From Octopus sinensis (lineage: Eukaryota), in NCBI RefSeq assembly GCF_006345805.1, contig NC_043022.1, positions 6,510,001 to 6,574,000 on the forward strand: 64,000 nt of DNA. Direction: 5' to 3'. The stretch's first letter is position 1, and the number at the start of each line of letters is the position of its first letter. Shown here piece by piece: positions 11,093 to 23,654 of this stretch. Both the position numbers and the translations under genes were made by a program. The notes beneath the pieces are model-generated. The model saw nothing but the letters and a program-made list of their open reading frames with translations, had not been told where the DNA came from and did not search any database.

Positions 11093-11683
11093 AGGGGCGA
11101 CGACGACGTTTTTAGGATTTCGGTCGAATTTTTCCATCAAACTTTCAATAAAACAAAGAGAGAGACTTTGGGGGGAGTTTGTGAATATCTTAGCCTCGAC
11201 ATAAAAGTGGTGGTTCGGGTTTCGATTCCTCGACTGCGCAGTGCGATCTCTTTCTCGAGCAAAAACACTTTATTCCACGTCGCTCTGCGATCCGAGCCGT
11301 GGGAACACCTTTGACCTTTGACCTGTCTATTGATATATATATATATATATATATATAACATTTCTGAAGATGACAGAAACCCTTTTCTCCACCCCCCTAA
11401 CCCTAACCCCCACATATATAAAAAAACAAACACTTTCTTGAAATGTATCCGGTACATATACCGAAGTCACGCCGTATATATATATATATATAATTAATTA
11501 AGGGTAGAAATTGATATTAGTCAATTCAAACCAGTGGTCTAGCATATTAAAAAGAATCCGAAGATTAAAATATTTATATATACCAATTAAGGACTGAACA
11601 CGAAACAATCTTTGTGGAGAATGGCGATTTGACGTCTATATCTAGCATGTTGACTGTCCACTTTTCGTGTTCAGTCCTTAATT

Positions 11684-11685
<2 letters not shown>

Positions 11686-11776
<91 letters not shown>
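11686..11776. repeat. (TA)n microsatellite
   Basis: About 45 perfect TA units, next to a short inverted repeat (11578-11606/11662-11690). Confidence 0.95.
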
Positions 11777-11780
<4 letters not shown>

Positions 11781-11948
11781 AGGTTTGGAGATGATGTACA
11801 GGTATTATATATTAGAAGAAATGAGGTGATCAGAAGATCGGATGGTTTATATTTACAGATATTTATTTATATATTACATTTTTTACATATACATATCATA
11901 TCATTCAGATTATTAGCGCTTTCTCCCATTCTAGTGGGGTTTTCAAAT

Positions 11949-11988
<40 letters not shown>

Positions 11989-13704
11989 TTGCTGGTTGTG
12001 TCTACACCTGTCTTAGTTTTTCTATAAATTTGAACCATATGTATATATTTCTTTACTACCCACAAGGGGCTACACACAGAGGGGACAAACAAGGACAGAC
12101 AAAGGGATTAAGTCGATTACATCGACCCAGTGCGCAACTGGTACTTAATTTATCGACCCCGAAAGGATGAAAGGCAAAGTCGACCTCGATATATTTGGCT
12201 GTATATATATTTGCTGTACACCAGTAAACAGTACAAACAAACATTCTATCACTAAAATAAATCTCTAAACTCTTCAGCAATAAATTAAGGATCCGTCTTT
12301 CTCGGATTCAAGAGTCTTCTATTATTATGTAGGCAATGCTTGGTACTGACAGGCAAAATAGTCGAGTTCAAATCTCACCCAGGTCGACTTTACGTTTCGT
12401 TTTTCGTAAATTTTGATTCTTTCACCCGCACGATTTTCACAAAGAAAAAAAAAAAAAAAGAAAACTCGGATTTTTTGCGTGCGGGAAAAAAAGGTGGGCA
12501 CCGGATACCCCACCACCACCACCACCACCACCATATCCTGGAATCAGTAGAAATTATTATTTTTTTTGCTTTGAATGAACTCCGGTGACCTATTAATATG
12601 CTACACAATTCTTTTTGGGGGTCCGGAAAATGGGGTGGGGTGAGGTGGAAGCCTCGGAAATTTCACCCCCACCCCCACCCCCCATTGATCTTTTCACCCT
12701 CACGATTTATACGTCTCCGTATTTTTCCATGTGTTTCGAAAAAAAAAAATTCTGTAAAAGTGTGAAATTTGAAGAATTTTGGGTTGGGGGAAATTAAAAT
12801 TTGAAAGTACCGTTTTTTTTCCTTTTTTTTGTTTTTTTTTTTCTTTTAGCAGAATCAGAATCTCTGTACTCGAAAATGGGGGGATTCTGTAAATGAAGAA
12901 AAAAAACCAAAGCGGGTGCGGTCCACATTCTTTACCCTGAGTGAAGTGGATGCTTTTCAAGTGTGACTGGCACAGGTCCAGTCAGACAGCACTGACATCC
13001 ATCAACCTCAAATGGTACTTTTTACGTGCTACTGGCACAGCCGATGCCAGTGACAAGCACCCACTACACTCTCAGAGTGGTTGGCATTAGGAAGGGCATC
13101 CAGCTGTAGAAAACCATGCCAGAACAGACTGCACCCTCATTGCGGTCTCCTGGCTTGCCAGTACTCATCAAACCATCCAACCCATGGGTTGGAATTCATT
13201 CAACAGAAAAAAAAAAATTCCCAAGGATTTCAATGCGGGTGGGGGTCCAGTACCCCACCTTTCTTCTCCGACCAAAAATAAGGGGTTTGCAACGTCAGGG
13301 TACTTGATTCCATGCAAAACACCCGACTTAGTGAAAATTGCGATGGTGAAAGAATCAAATAATACCCATTTTTCTAGGCTCAATAAAATAAAATTCCTTT
13401 AAATTCTTTTAAACACTCTTTTAACTTTTGTGTTATGCTCCTTTAAAGTACTTAAGGGCTTCGTATTTTAAATAGCCAACATTCAGAATCAGTAAAAACG
13501 TTTTTTGTATTTTAGATTTGAAGAACTTTAGTCAAACGAATAGACGACCCCACCCCCTACTGTTTTTTTTCCAAAATCCTGGTACTTACTCTATGGGTAT
13601 ATCTTGCCGAACCACTAGAATACAAAGACGTTAACACACCAATACTAGTTGTAAAGTGGCAATAGGGAAAAAAACAAAGACGTGTGCATGCACACACACG
13701 CACA

Positions 13705-13744
<40 letters not shown>

Positions 13745-13788
13745 TGAATATGGTACTTAAGTTGCTTATTTTGATTATATATATATAT

Positions 13789-14161
13789 AGGCACAGGAGT
13801 GGCTGTGTGGTAAGTAGCTTGTTTACCAACCACATGGTTCCGGTTTCAGTCCCACTGCGTGGCATCTTGTGCAAGTGTCTTCAGCTATAGCCCCGGGCCG
13901 ACCAATGCCTTGTGAGTGGATTTGGTAGACGGAAACTGAAAGAAGCCTGTCGTATATATGTGTATGTGTGTGTTTGTCCCCCTAGCATTGCTTGACAACC
14001 GATGCTGGTGTGTTTACGTCCCCGTCACTTAGCGGTTCGGCAAAAGAGACCGATAGAATAAGTACTGGGCTTACAAAGAATAAGTCCCGGGGTCGATTTG
14101 CTCAACTAAGGGCGGTGCTCCAGCATGGCTGCAGTCAAATGACTGAAACAAGTAAAAGAGT
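13789..14161 (+). mobile_element. tRNA-derived SINE family 1
   Basis: Full-length copy with A/B boxes and tail. Confidence 0.8.
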
Positions 14162-14512
14162 ATATATATATATATACACGACAGTCTTTTTTCAGTTTCC
14201 GTCTACCAAATCCATTCAAAAGGCTCAAGTAGAAGACACTTGTCCCAGGTGCCACATGGGAGGTCTGAGCCCAGAACCATGTGGCTGGGAAGCAACCTTC
14301 TTACCACACAGCCATGCCTAAATAAAAGTTTTAGATATTTTTATGAGCACTCTTCTGGAACTTCCACAGGGTCCACATGAAAGGGATTGCCTTGAATCTG
14401 TCTTCAATCTTCCTTGCATCCACCTCTTACTTTCGCTATTCCATCCCTCCTCTAACCTCTCACCCACATCTCTCTCTCTCCTCCTGCCTCTCAATTATTC
14501 ATTTGAGTATTT

Positions 14513-14778
14513 CATCATCATCATCATCGTTTAACGTCCGTTCTCCATGCTAACATGGGTTGGACGGTTCGACCGGGGATCTGGGAAGCCAGAAGGCTGC
14601 ACCAGGCTCCAGTCTTATCTGGCAATGTTTCTACAGCTGGATGCCCTTCCTAACGCCAACCACTCCGTGAGTGTAGTGGGTGCTTTTTACATGCCACCTG
14701 CACAGGTGCCAGGCGAGGCTGGCAGCGGCCACGGTCGGATTGGTGTATTTTATGTGCCACTGGCACAGAAGCCAGTCG
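14513..14778 (-). mobile_element. SINE family 3
   Basis: Same core and (GAT)n tail. Confidence 0.75.
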
Positions 14779-15399
14779 TTTATGGTATGTTTATGGTATT
14801 GGAAAACTTGCACAATAATATGGTTTACATACATACTACATAGACAGACGGACAGACATGTATATACATATGCACACATACATACAAATATATATATATA
14901 TATATAAAGTTAATCCAAACAAGAAAGCACAAAAAAAACACAACGCGAGGACATGGAAGAAATATAGTATTATTGGACGCTCAGGAAAGAAGGAGGGTAT
15001 ACACACATACATGGGATGAATTACTATTTTACAAAGAGAAATATCAAAAGCACTTTTAGTTTCTCTTAGCATATATATATATATATACACACACACATAT
15101 ACATATATAAATTCCTGTACATATTAAATAATGTATATCTCACTAAATAGAATACTTTTATGTTGATCCCACTCATGACACAACAGTATACATGTCTATA
15201 TAAATGCGTGTGTACAGACAATGGCAGACTGGAGAACAATGCATTGAAGAAATCAATGCGTTTGGAATGGGGAATATTTTAAGGAATTTGCTGCTATTGT
15301 TTGGGTGAAGAATAGAAGAAAGCTTTTGATAGCACTGGTCCACTATGGAAGCCAAAAATAGCAAGGATTGTGGAACCATTTCAAACAACCATTTCAAAC

Positions 15400-15620
15400 A
15401 ACTGCTTACAAAGTCAGAAAACAACACAGCTCCCATGACTTTCGGAAACATTTCTTCACGCTCAGAGTTGCTGAAGCATGGAATAAACTGCCTGCGTCAG
15501 TTGTTGACTGCCATGACACTGCATCCTTTAAGGCCCTCATGCTTTCCGAAATCCGCCGAAACTACACCTGATTATACATAAACTTTAGATGAGTTGTAGT
15601 GCACCTGAGCACTGTACACA

Positions 15621-15652
<32 letters not shown>
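15400..15652 (+). mobile_element. CR1-clade LINE 3' end (subfamily A)
   Basis: Encodes YKVRKQHSSHDFRKHFFTLRVAEAWNKLPASVV...ASFK, the CR1 ORF2 C-terminal motif; (TTA)n tail. Confidence 0.8.
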
Positions 15653-15656
<4 letters not shown>

Positions 15657-16311
15657 GGAAAGAAATGCCAAAACCAACCAGTTCCCACCTTTAAGTGACA
15701 ATAAAAAGATGGCAAACATTTTTTGTTGGTGGAGGCTGATTCTTCTGGCATCTGAAAATGATAGTTCTGTCTTGTCTGAGGGTTTCCTCTGTGTTGATGG
15801 CGTTGAGGACTGAAGAAAAAAAACGGTCCTTACATAAAACAGCAGGAAATTGTTTGTCATTGGTTGTTCTTGTGTTCTTTGTTGTTCTTTTTTGTTTCTC
15901 TTGACTTCAAAAGGGTCAGTTTCTTCAGTGAAAAAGGCACGCCAATTGCAACAGTTCAGGGCTTCTTTACTTTACCACAATTTTGTCTCAATTACAGCCA
16001 TTTTGCAGCTTGAAAATGTTTATTAATATCTTCTTGTTGAATGTCAGTGGAATTGGGTATAAAACCTGGCAATTTGAAGCATTATCCAATCTCTAAAGAT
16101 GAAACTTTATGTGTCAAGACTTGTGACCATAGCTCAGTGAAGATGGCCAAAGTCCAGAAAATCCAATTGCTTCTTATCCCAAAACGTACGATGACGGAGA
16201 CAAATGGAAAGCATTCAACTAATTCTCAGCAGATTAACTAATAATAAATAGTTAATAATTAATTTAATTTGCATATGTTTCATTTAATTTCATCATTTCC
16301 CTGTTAATATT

Positions 16312-17527
16312 ACTCCACCCATCTAACACCCGTGGACATATTTACAAAGTAAGAAAACAGCACAGCTCCTTCCATGACTTCAGGAAACATTTTTTCACGC
16401 TGAGAGTTGCTGAAGCATGGAACAAACTGCCGGCATCGGTTGTTGGTTGTCGGAGCACTGCATCCTTCAAAACTTCCATGCTTCCTGAGATTCGCCAACA
16501 CTACACCTGATCTTCTCTTCCCCTCCATACACACGCTGAAGCATGGAACAAACTGCCAGCATCGGTTGTTAGTTGTCGGAGCACTGATCCTTCAAAACTT
16601 CCATGCTTCCTGAGATTCGCCAACACTACACTTGATTTTCTCCCCTCCATACACACGCTGAAGCATGGAACAAACTGCCGGCATCGGTTGTTAGTTGTCG
16701 GAGCACTGCATCCTTCAAAACTTCCATGCTTCCTGAGATTCGCCAACACTACACTTGATTTTCTCCCCTCCATACACACGCTGAAGCATGGAACAAACTG
16801 CCGGCATCGGTTGTTAGTTGTCGGAGCACTGCATCCTTCAAAACTTCCATGCTTCCTGAGATTCGCCAACACTACACTTGATTTTCTCCCCTCCATACAC
16901 ACGCTGAAGCATGGAACAAACTGCCGGCATCGGTTGTTAGTTGTCGGAGCACTGCATCCTTCAAAACTTCCATGCTTCCTGAGATTCGCCAACACTACAC
17001 TTGATTTTCTCCCCTCCATACACACGCTGAAGCATGGAACAAACTGCCGGCATCGGTTGTTAGTTGTCGGAGCACTGCATCCTTCAAAACTTCCATACTT
17101 CCTGAGATTCGCCAACACTACACCTGATCTTCTCTTCCCCTCCATACACACGCTGAAGCATGGAACAAACTGCCAGCATCAGTTGTTAATTGTCGGAGCA
17201 CTGCATCCTTCAAAACTTCCATGCTTCCTGAGATTCGCCAACACTACACCTGATCTTCTCTTCCCCTCCATACACACGCTGAAGCATGGAACAAACTGCC
17301 GGCATCGGTTGTTAGTTGTCGGAACACTGCATCCTTCAAAACTTCCATGCTTCCTGAGATTCGTCAACACTACACCTGATTTTCTCCCCTCCATACACAC
17401 ACAAGCATGTATCTGACTCATACACTGCTCCCTTTCCAGACATTTGTACATTACTGCATATGCTTTATATGCACTTTCTGACAAGTTGTGGTGCACCTGA
17501 GCACTGCATACAATAATTTCATTATTA
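16312..17527 (+). repeat. CR1 3' end (subfamily B) amplified into an 8-unit 122-126-bp tandem array
   Basis: Unit starts (GCTGAAGCATGG) at 16409, 16535, 16657, 16780, 16903, 17026, 17152 and 17278; the last unit runs into the normal CR1 3' UTR. Confidence 0.9.
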
Positions 17528-17717
17528 TATATAAATACCCCCTCCTCTGCAAATTTGAAAGTAATATTACTTAAATAATTGCTGTAACGAGCTGGCAGAA
17601 TCATTAGCACAGCAAGAAAGTGCGTAGTGGCATTTCATTTATCTTCCCGTTCTGAGTTCAAATTCTGCTACGGTCAATTTTGTCTTTTATCTTTTCAGGG
17701 TCAATGAATTAAGTACC

Positions 17718-17950
17718 TATTTCTTTACTACCCACAAGGGGTTAAACATAGAGGGGACAAACAAGGACACACATAGGTATTAAGTCGATTGCATCGACCC
17801 CAGTGCGTAACTGGTACTTAATTTATCGACCCCGAAAGGATGAAAGGCAAAGTCAACCTCGGCGGAATTTGAACTCAGAACGTAACGGCAGACGAAATAC
17901 GGCTACGCATTTCGCCCGGCGTGCTAACGATTCTGCCAGCTCGCCGCCTT
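17718..17950 (-). mobile_element. SINE family 2
   Basis: Full-length copy nested in an older copy. Confidence 0.75.
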
Positions 17951-18805
17951 CCCAATGAATTAAGTACCAGTCATGCACTGTGGTTGATGCAATTGACTTA
18001 ACCCCCTCCCCTGAAATTACTGGCTTGTGCCAAAATTTTAAACCAGTATTAGATAATTAGTATAATTAACAATGTTTCACCTTGTTATTATAATGAATTA
18101 TTGAACACAGCTGAGGGTTTTTAGCCAAACACCACGTGGCTTAGTGGGTAAGGTGTTCAGCTCTTGATTGTAAAGTCCTGAGTTCAATTCCCAGTGGTGC
18201 TTTGTGTCCTTGAGCAAGACACTTCATTTTATGTTGCTCCACTCCACTCAACTGGCAAAACATTCAAAAGGGCCAGCCTTGTCATATTCTGTGTCACTTT
18301 GAATCTCCCTCAGAACTACATTAAGGAAACGCATGTCTGTGGAGTCCTCAGCCACTTGCACATTGATTTTACAAGCAGGCTGTTCCGTCGATCGAACCAA
18401 CCGGAACAGTTGTCATGGTAACCGTTGCGATGCCATTTCTTTGCTCTACATTATCCTATGGACCATATCTCTCACCTTTCCCCAACACTGTATATTATGA
18501 GAAACAAATATAAATATCACATTTTACACACCCAAGACAGAGAAGACGCACAACAGCTGACAGGTGCAATTCCAAACAGAGTTGAAATGGGCAGCAGATC
18601 CACGGACGTTCCTTCCTTTTCTGTCTGTGAGCTTCCAGGAATAATGGAGTCTTTCAGAGTATTTTTGATGGTGAAGTGAGAAATCTTGGAGTTCATTCCT
18701 GCCTGGATTGTTAATATTTTCACCTGTATCCAAATACCTCTAACACCTGTGATATATGGGAGACAAGACAACATAGATATATATGCATGCGTATGAATGT
18801 ATGTA

Positions 18806-18843
<38 letters not shown>

Positions 18844-18846
<3 letters not shown>

Positions 18847-19067
18847 TTCTTTACTGCCCTCAAGGGGCTAAACATAGAGGGGACAAACAAGGACAGACAA
18901 AGGGATTAAGTCGATTACATCGACCCAGTGCAAAACTGGTACTTAATTTATCGACCCCGAGAGGATGAAAGGCAAAGTCGACCTCGGCAGAATTTGAACT
19001 CAGAACGTAACGGCAGACGAAATACGGCTACGCATTTCGCCCGGCGTGCTAACGATTCTGCCAGCTC
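18844..19067 (-). mobile_element. SINE family 2
   Basis: Matches 17718-17950. Confidence 0.75.
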
Positions 19068-19888
19068 ATGCATGTATATGTACACATATGCATACACGTA
19101 CATATATATATATATATGTACATATACATACCTATATATACATATATATGTATATGTGTATGTATATATATATATCTACTTACCTATCTATTATCTACTT
19201 ATCTACCTATCTATCTACCTACCTACACACACATGCACACATCAGCAATCCCAGAGACAGATCGATAACAACATAGACATGCATGGACACACATACACAC
19301 ACAAACACATACACACACACACGTATATACACACTTTTAGCATTGCAAATGAAAAACAATGGAGTAGAGGTTTATTTACATCAGCTTTGGTGATATTCTT
19401 GTCTTCTTCCTTGATTCCATTCTTGGTTCTTGTTGTACTCTTGGGGTTTTAACTTTGGTAATGATTTAGTCTTTTTAACTTTGATTATATTTGGTCATAT
19501 TCTACTTTGACCACAGGTATTTTATTCATCACACACACACACACAAGGTTTATACATTTACCTTGGAAAATCAGACAGATTAACAGACATCCAAATGCAC
19601 ACCACTATTCATGTGTGTGTGTGTGTGTATTTGTAGGATATATGATGCTTGAGTCCCAAGTGTGAGATGATAGATGTCAGAGAGACATGGACTGCAGATG
19701 TGAAGGAGAAAGTGTGTAGAGGCTTGGAAACTTTCCAGTTGGTTCTGCTGCAGAGTTCAAGACAGTCGGTGTGTGTGAATCAGAATGAAGAGGAAGAGAG
19801 GTGAGAGAGAGATGAGTGTTGTGCAAAACCAAGAGGGCTGCTTTGGTATGGAGGAGAAGCAAAGGTGTTAGGACAGGTATGTGAACAA

Positions 19889-20093
19889 GGAAGAAGTGAC
19901 TCAGGTGGAAAGGGACCACAGAAAAGTGGATAGGGGCCATAGAAGAGGGAGATGTGAGACAAGTGTAAAGGTGTCCCAAACAGGGAGATGGGAAGAAGTG
20001 AGTCAGGTGGAAAGGGACTACAGAAAAGTGGATAGGGGCCATAGAAGAGGGAGATGTGAGACAAGTGTAAAGGTGTCCCAAACAGGGAGATGG
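19889..20093. repeat. 2 x 102-bp tandem duplication
   Basis: GGAAGAAGTGA units at 19889 and 19991 with about 2 substitutions. Confidence 0.9.
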
Positions 20094-20347
20094 AAAGAGA
20101 AATGGGAAGAAGTGGGGAAGGTTGAACCTCACCAAAGAAATGACAAAAACTGCAGCAGACAGTGGACACATCTGATACTTGGGAAGAATGGAAGAATGGA
20201 TGTAAGATAATGAGGTTCTTTGCATTAATATGCTTGTGTGTGTGTTTAATTATTAAATGCAAAAAATATTAGGTAAATAAAGAATTTAATAAGTGAAGTA
20301 AATTAAATATGTCATAAAATATCAATGAAATAAGCACACACACGAGT

Positions 20348-20592
20348 AATGTATAGGGACAATGTATAGGGGCAATGTATAGGGGCAATGTATAAGGACA
20401 ATGTATAGGGACAATGTATAGGTTTAATGTATAGGGACAATGTATAGGTTTAATGTATAGGGACAATGTATAGGGACAATGTATAGGGACAATGTATAGG
20501 GGCAATGTATAGGGACAATGTATAGGTTTAATGTATAGGGACAATGTATAGGGGCAATGTATAGGGACAATGTATAGGGGCAATGTATAGGG
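20348..20592. repeat. 13-bp minisatellite (AATGTATAGGGAC)n
   Basis: About 19 units with GGAC/GGGC/GTTT variants. Confidence 0.92.
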
Positions 20593-21224
20593 TTGATTCA
20601 AAGATCTAAATATAGCAATGTATAGGGAGAAAGGTATGGAAACATGAGACCAGACAAAAGTCCAAAAGCGATGAAGAGAAGATTTATTGATCCTGTTAGG
20701 GAGTTTGGCCCCAGGTTAGAGTTTCCATCAACCTTAACACAATTAAGCCATGATGGAAGCTACTATAGGGTTACTTAGCCCACAAGAAATAGCAACTAAA
20801 TTCCCTTTATGTTTTCAAAAGGTGAAGGATTTATTGGATATTGTGTTTATAGATATCCATAAAAAAAAAACAAGATGGTCATGGCTGGAAAGCCTTTAAT
20901 TATAATCTGCTCAATCAGGCATTAGTTAGGAGTAAATAATGGCAACAGCTTCGGCACAATTTTGTTGACAGCTGTAAATATGTACCCTGTAAGGTACTTC
21001 GGGTATCACTAGGTACCACAGGAAGTAAAACTTGCTCACTGCAAATAGACAGAATATGTATTCATAGACTCTCAGGTGAGATGGGAAAATGTTCTTTCGA
21101 GAGAGACGAAGACCATTTCACTGTTATATCAGTTACCAATCTATTTGACTATAGACAAATACTTGGATAAAAATAGAGTCAATCTAGCTGGATAAAGCTA
21201 CCAGAGAAAGATAGCAACCACTTA

Positions 21225-21613
21225 TCTCTCTTTTCTCTCTTTTACTTGTTTCAGTCATTTGACTGTGGCCATGCTGGAGCACCGCCTTTAGTCGAGCAAA
21301 TCGACCCCGGGACTTATTCTTTGTAAGCCCAGTACTTATGCTATCGGTCTCTTTTGCCGAACCGCTAAGTGACGGGGACGTAAACACACCAGCATTGGTT
21401 GTCAAGCAATGCTAGAGGGACAAACATATACACACACATACATATATATATATACATATATATGACAGGCTTCTTTCAGTTTCCGTCTACCAAATCCACT
21501 CACAAGGCTTTGGTCGGCCCGAGGCTATAGCAGAAGACACTTGCCCAAGGTGCCACGCAGTAGGACTGAACCCCGAACCATGTGGTTGGTTAGCAAGCTA
21601 CTTACCACACAGC
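21225..21613 (-). mobile_element. tRNA-derived SINE family 1
   Basis: Family consensus match. Confidence 0.8.
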
Positions 21614-22114
21614 CAAAGGATGTTATCATTTCAAGCTGTCTTAAGGCAGTGAGCTGGCAGAATCGTAACACACTGAGTGAAATGCTCAGCGGCAATTTAT
21701 CCGTCTTTATATTTTACATTCTGAGTTCAAATTCCACCTAGGTCAATTTTGCCTTTCATCTTTTCGGAGCCAATAAATGAAGTACCAGTTGAGCAGTGGA
21801 GTCAATGTAATCAACTGACCCACCTCCCCCTTACTGTCCATGAACCAAACATTTGAAACCAATAGATTCAGGTGGTGAGCTGGTCAAATCATTAGGACAG
21901 GGGCAAAAGGCTGACCACAATATTTCGTCTGTTTTTACTTTCTGAGTTTAAATTCTGCCAAAATCCACTTTGTCTCTCATCCTTTCAGGGTCAATAAAAT
22001 AAGTACCACCTTAGCCCTGGGGTCATTGTAATTGACTTTCCTGCCTCCCCCAAACATGCTGGCCTTGTGCCAAAATTTGAAACCAGTATGTATATATATA
22101 TTTATATATATATA

Positions 22115-22269
22115 CTTTATTTAAAGCAGCAGAAAATTCAACAAAATCTGTTACTCTGAGTTTCTCGTTGCCGTTCATCAGACAGTTTATGCTAGAAACT
22201 GTCTGATGAACGGCAACGAGAAACTCAGAGTAACAGATTTTGTTGAATTTTCTGCTGCTTTAAATAAAG
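22115..22269. mobile_element. Penelope-like perfect palindrome (74-bp arms, 7-nt loop) in (TA)n
   Basis: 22115-22188 is the exact reverse complement of 22196-22269; each arm carries a hammerhead motif. Confidence 0.7.
22196..22240 (+). ncRNA. Minimal type I hammerhead motif (C3:G8); mirror copy on minus strand at 22144-22188
   Basis: aaacugu CUGAUGA a-cg-gcaa-cg-a GAAAC ucaga GUA acagauuu; GNRA-capped helix II, ACUC-a-GAGU helix III, GUA cleavage triplet at 22230-22232. Confidence 0.65.
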
Positions 22270-22369
22270 CATATTACTCTACCACTGGTATTTGAGTACT
22301 CTTTTTTCCACCTTGTTTCACATTTATGTGTTTACTCCGGTATATATATATATATATGTATATATATGT

Positions 22370-22441
<72 letters not shown>

Positions 22442-22562
22442 AGCTGTCTACAAATAATTTGGAAAGTAGAACATCTCAGCTGTCAATAGTTATCAAACTT
22501 CCATTTCTTCTAACTCCCTTTCTCAGTAACAAATCTTCCATTCTTAGTTTCACAACCTAATC

Positions 22563-23372
22563 TCATTCCTCTGCAGTCTCCATCATCATCATCTTCAGCT
22601 CCTTTTCTTCTAGCTTTGTGTGCCTAACACATGGGAACTCCATTATGTCTTCCCCAGAAACTTCCAGAATAGTCTTTAATTGAGGGCAATATCCAAACAT
22701 TTTCCTCTTCTGACATCTACAATTCAGCCGCTTACATTTTTGTCTGACCACATTTCTCCTTTGTGGAACGTTATTTAGTTTGCGTGTTGAATCAACAGCC
22801 TGTGGAATTACATTTTTCTTGCCGGCACCACACGAAGTCACATATCTTTTGTTTAAAGTACACACCATATTTTCCCTCCTAATGTTACATGAGAACATAT
22901 TTCTTCTGCAAGTATATGGTGATATGGCGCTCCTACTAAAACTGCACACCGACATATTCCTTCGAGAGGCAGGACACATCAAAATGTCTTGTCTGTTGAT
23001 ACTGAACAGAGAAACACTTCTTCTACACGAAACTATCTCATCTCTATAAAGAGAATCAACGTCAATCGAACAACACATACACAAATTCTTGTTGGATGGA
23101 ATACGGACTTGTTTGGGTGCACACTTGGGGTTACAGCCCACGGGAGTTTTCTTGCTGGGGCCACTACAGGAGTACATATCTCTCTTAACAATGACTTCAT
23201 CTGCTATGGAACTGGACTCAGAACCAACAGAATTTCTCCTGTTATAGTTACATGAGAATAACCGGCTGCAAAGTCGCCTGAGACGAGAAAAAGCATTGGA
23301 CAGGCGTTGCCGTCGACTCACTTTATCTTCCATGCCTCCACACAAAGATGAAACAGGGGACAACGAGGACAT
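22563..23372 (-). CDS. Unrecognised 269-aa basic, Cys-rich protein (single coding exon)
   Basis: 810-nt uninterrupted ORF in non-repetitive DNA, not matching any repeat family in the window; 21 Cys, Arg/Lys-rich degenerate ~10-aa repeats, acidic C-terminus. Confidence 0.65.
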   Translation of the reverse strand: MSSLSPVSSLCGGMEDKVSRRQRLSNAFSRLRRLCSRLFSCNYNRRNSVGSESSSIADEVIVKRDMYSCSGPSKKTPVGCNPKCAPKQVRIPSNKNLCMCCSIDVDSLYRDEIVSCRRSVSLFSINRQDILMCPASRRNMSVCSFSRSAISPYTCRRNMFSCNIRRENMVCTLNKRYVTSCGAGKKNVIPQAVDSTRKLNNVPQRRNVVRQKCKRLNCRCQKRKMFGYCPQLKTILEVSGEDIMEFPCVRHTKLEEKELKMMMMETAEE

Positions 23373-23618
23373 CTGTTGCTTTTTAGGGAGGAGTGGGAGA
23401 TAAGGGAGGGTTGCTTTCTTTTCTTTCTTTTTGTTTTGCTTTTTTTGTGTCCAATTAAAAAGTAAGGAATGGTTGAGACAGTAATTAATTCATGAACTTA
23501 AGACAAAGATACAAATTAGTTTAAATGAATGAACCCATAAACGAGAAAAGCACTGAAGTGGCAGTTAATGGAATGAGTTAACTAATTAAATATATTAATT
23601 GGAAGAGGGCAATAAATT

Positions 23619-23654
<36 letters not shown>

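Noticed and set aside
11394-11410. CCCTAACCCTAACCC telomere-like motif
   Set aside because: Only about 2.5 units, which is expected by chance.
13789-13865. tRNA-like A and B boxes
   Set aside because: This is a SINE head repeated many times, with no cloverleaf; not a tRNA gene.
15585-16241. Unique-looking block with short ORFs and an exon-like segment
   Set aside because: No recognisable motif, the donor (gtggga) is weak, and it is probably an old TE fragment.
16501-17416. 216-aa and 242-aa repeat ORFs on opposite strands
   Set aside because: A by-product of 123/126-bp CR1-derived units, not in the CR1 coding frame, with no gene context.
19677-20262. 182-aa and 160-aa overlapping minus-strand ORFs
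   Set aside because: Purine/pyrimidine-skewed DNA plus a 102-bp duplication keeps several frames open; no homology recognised.
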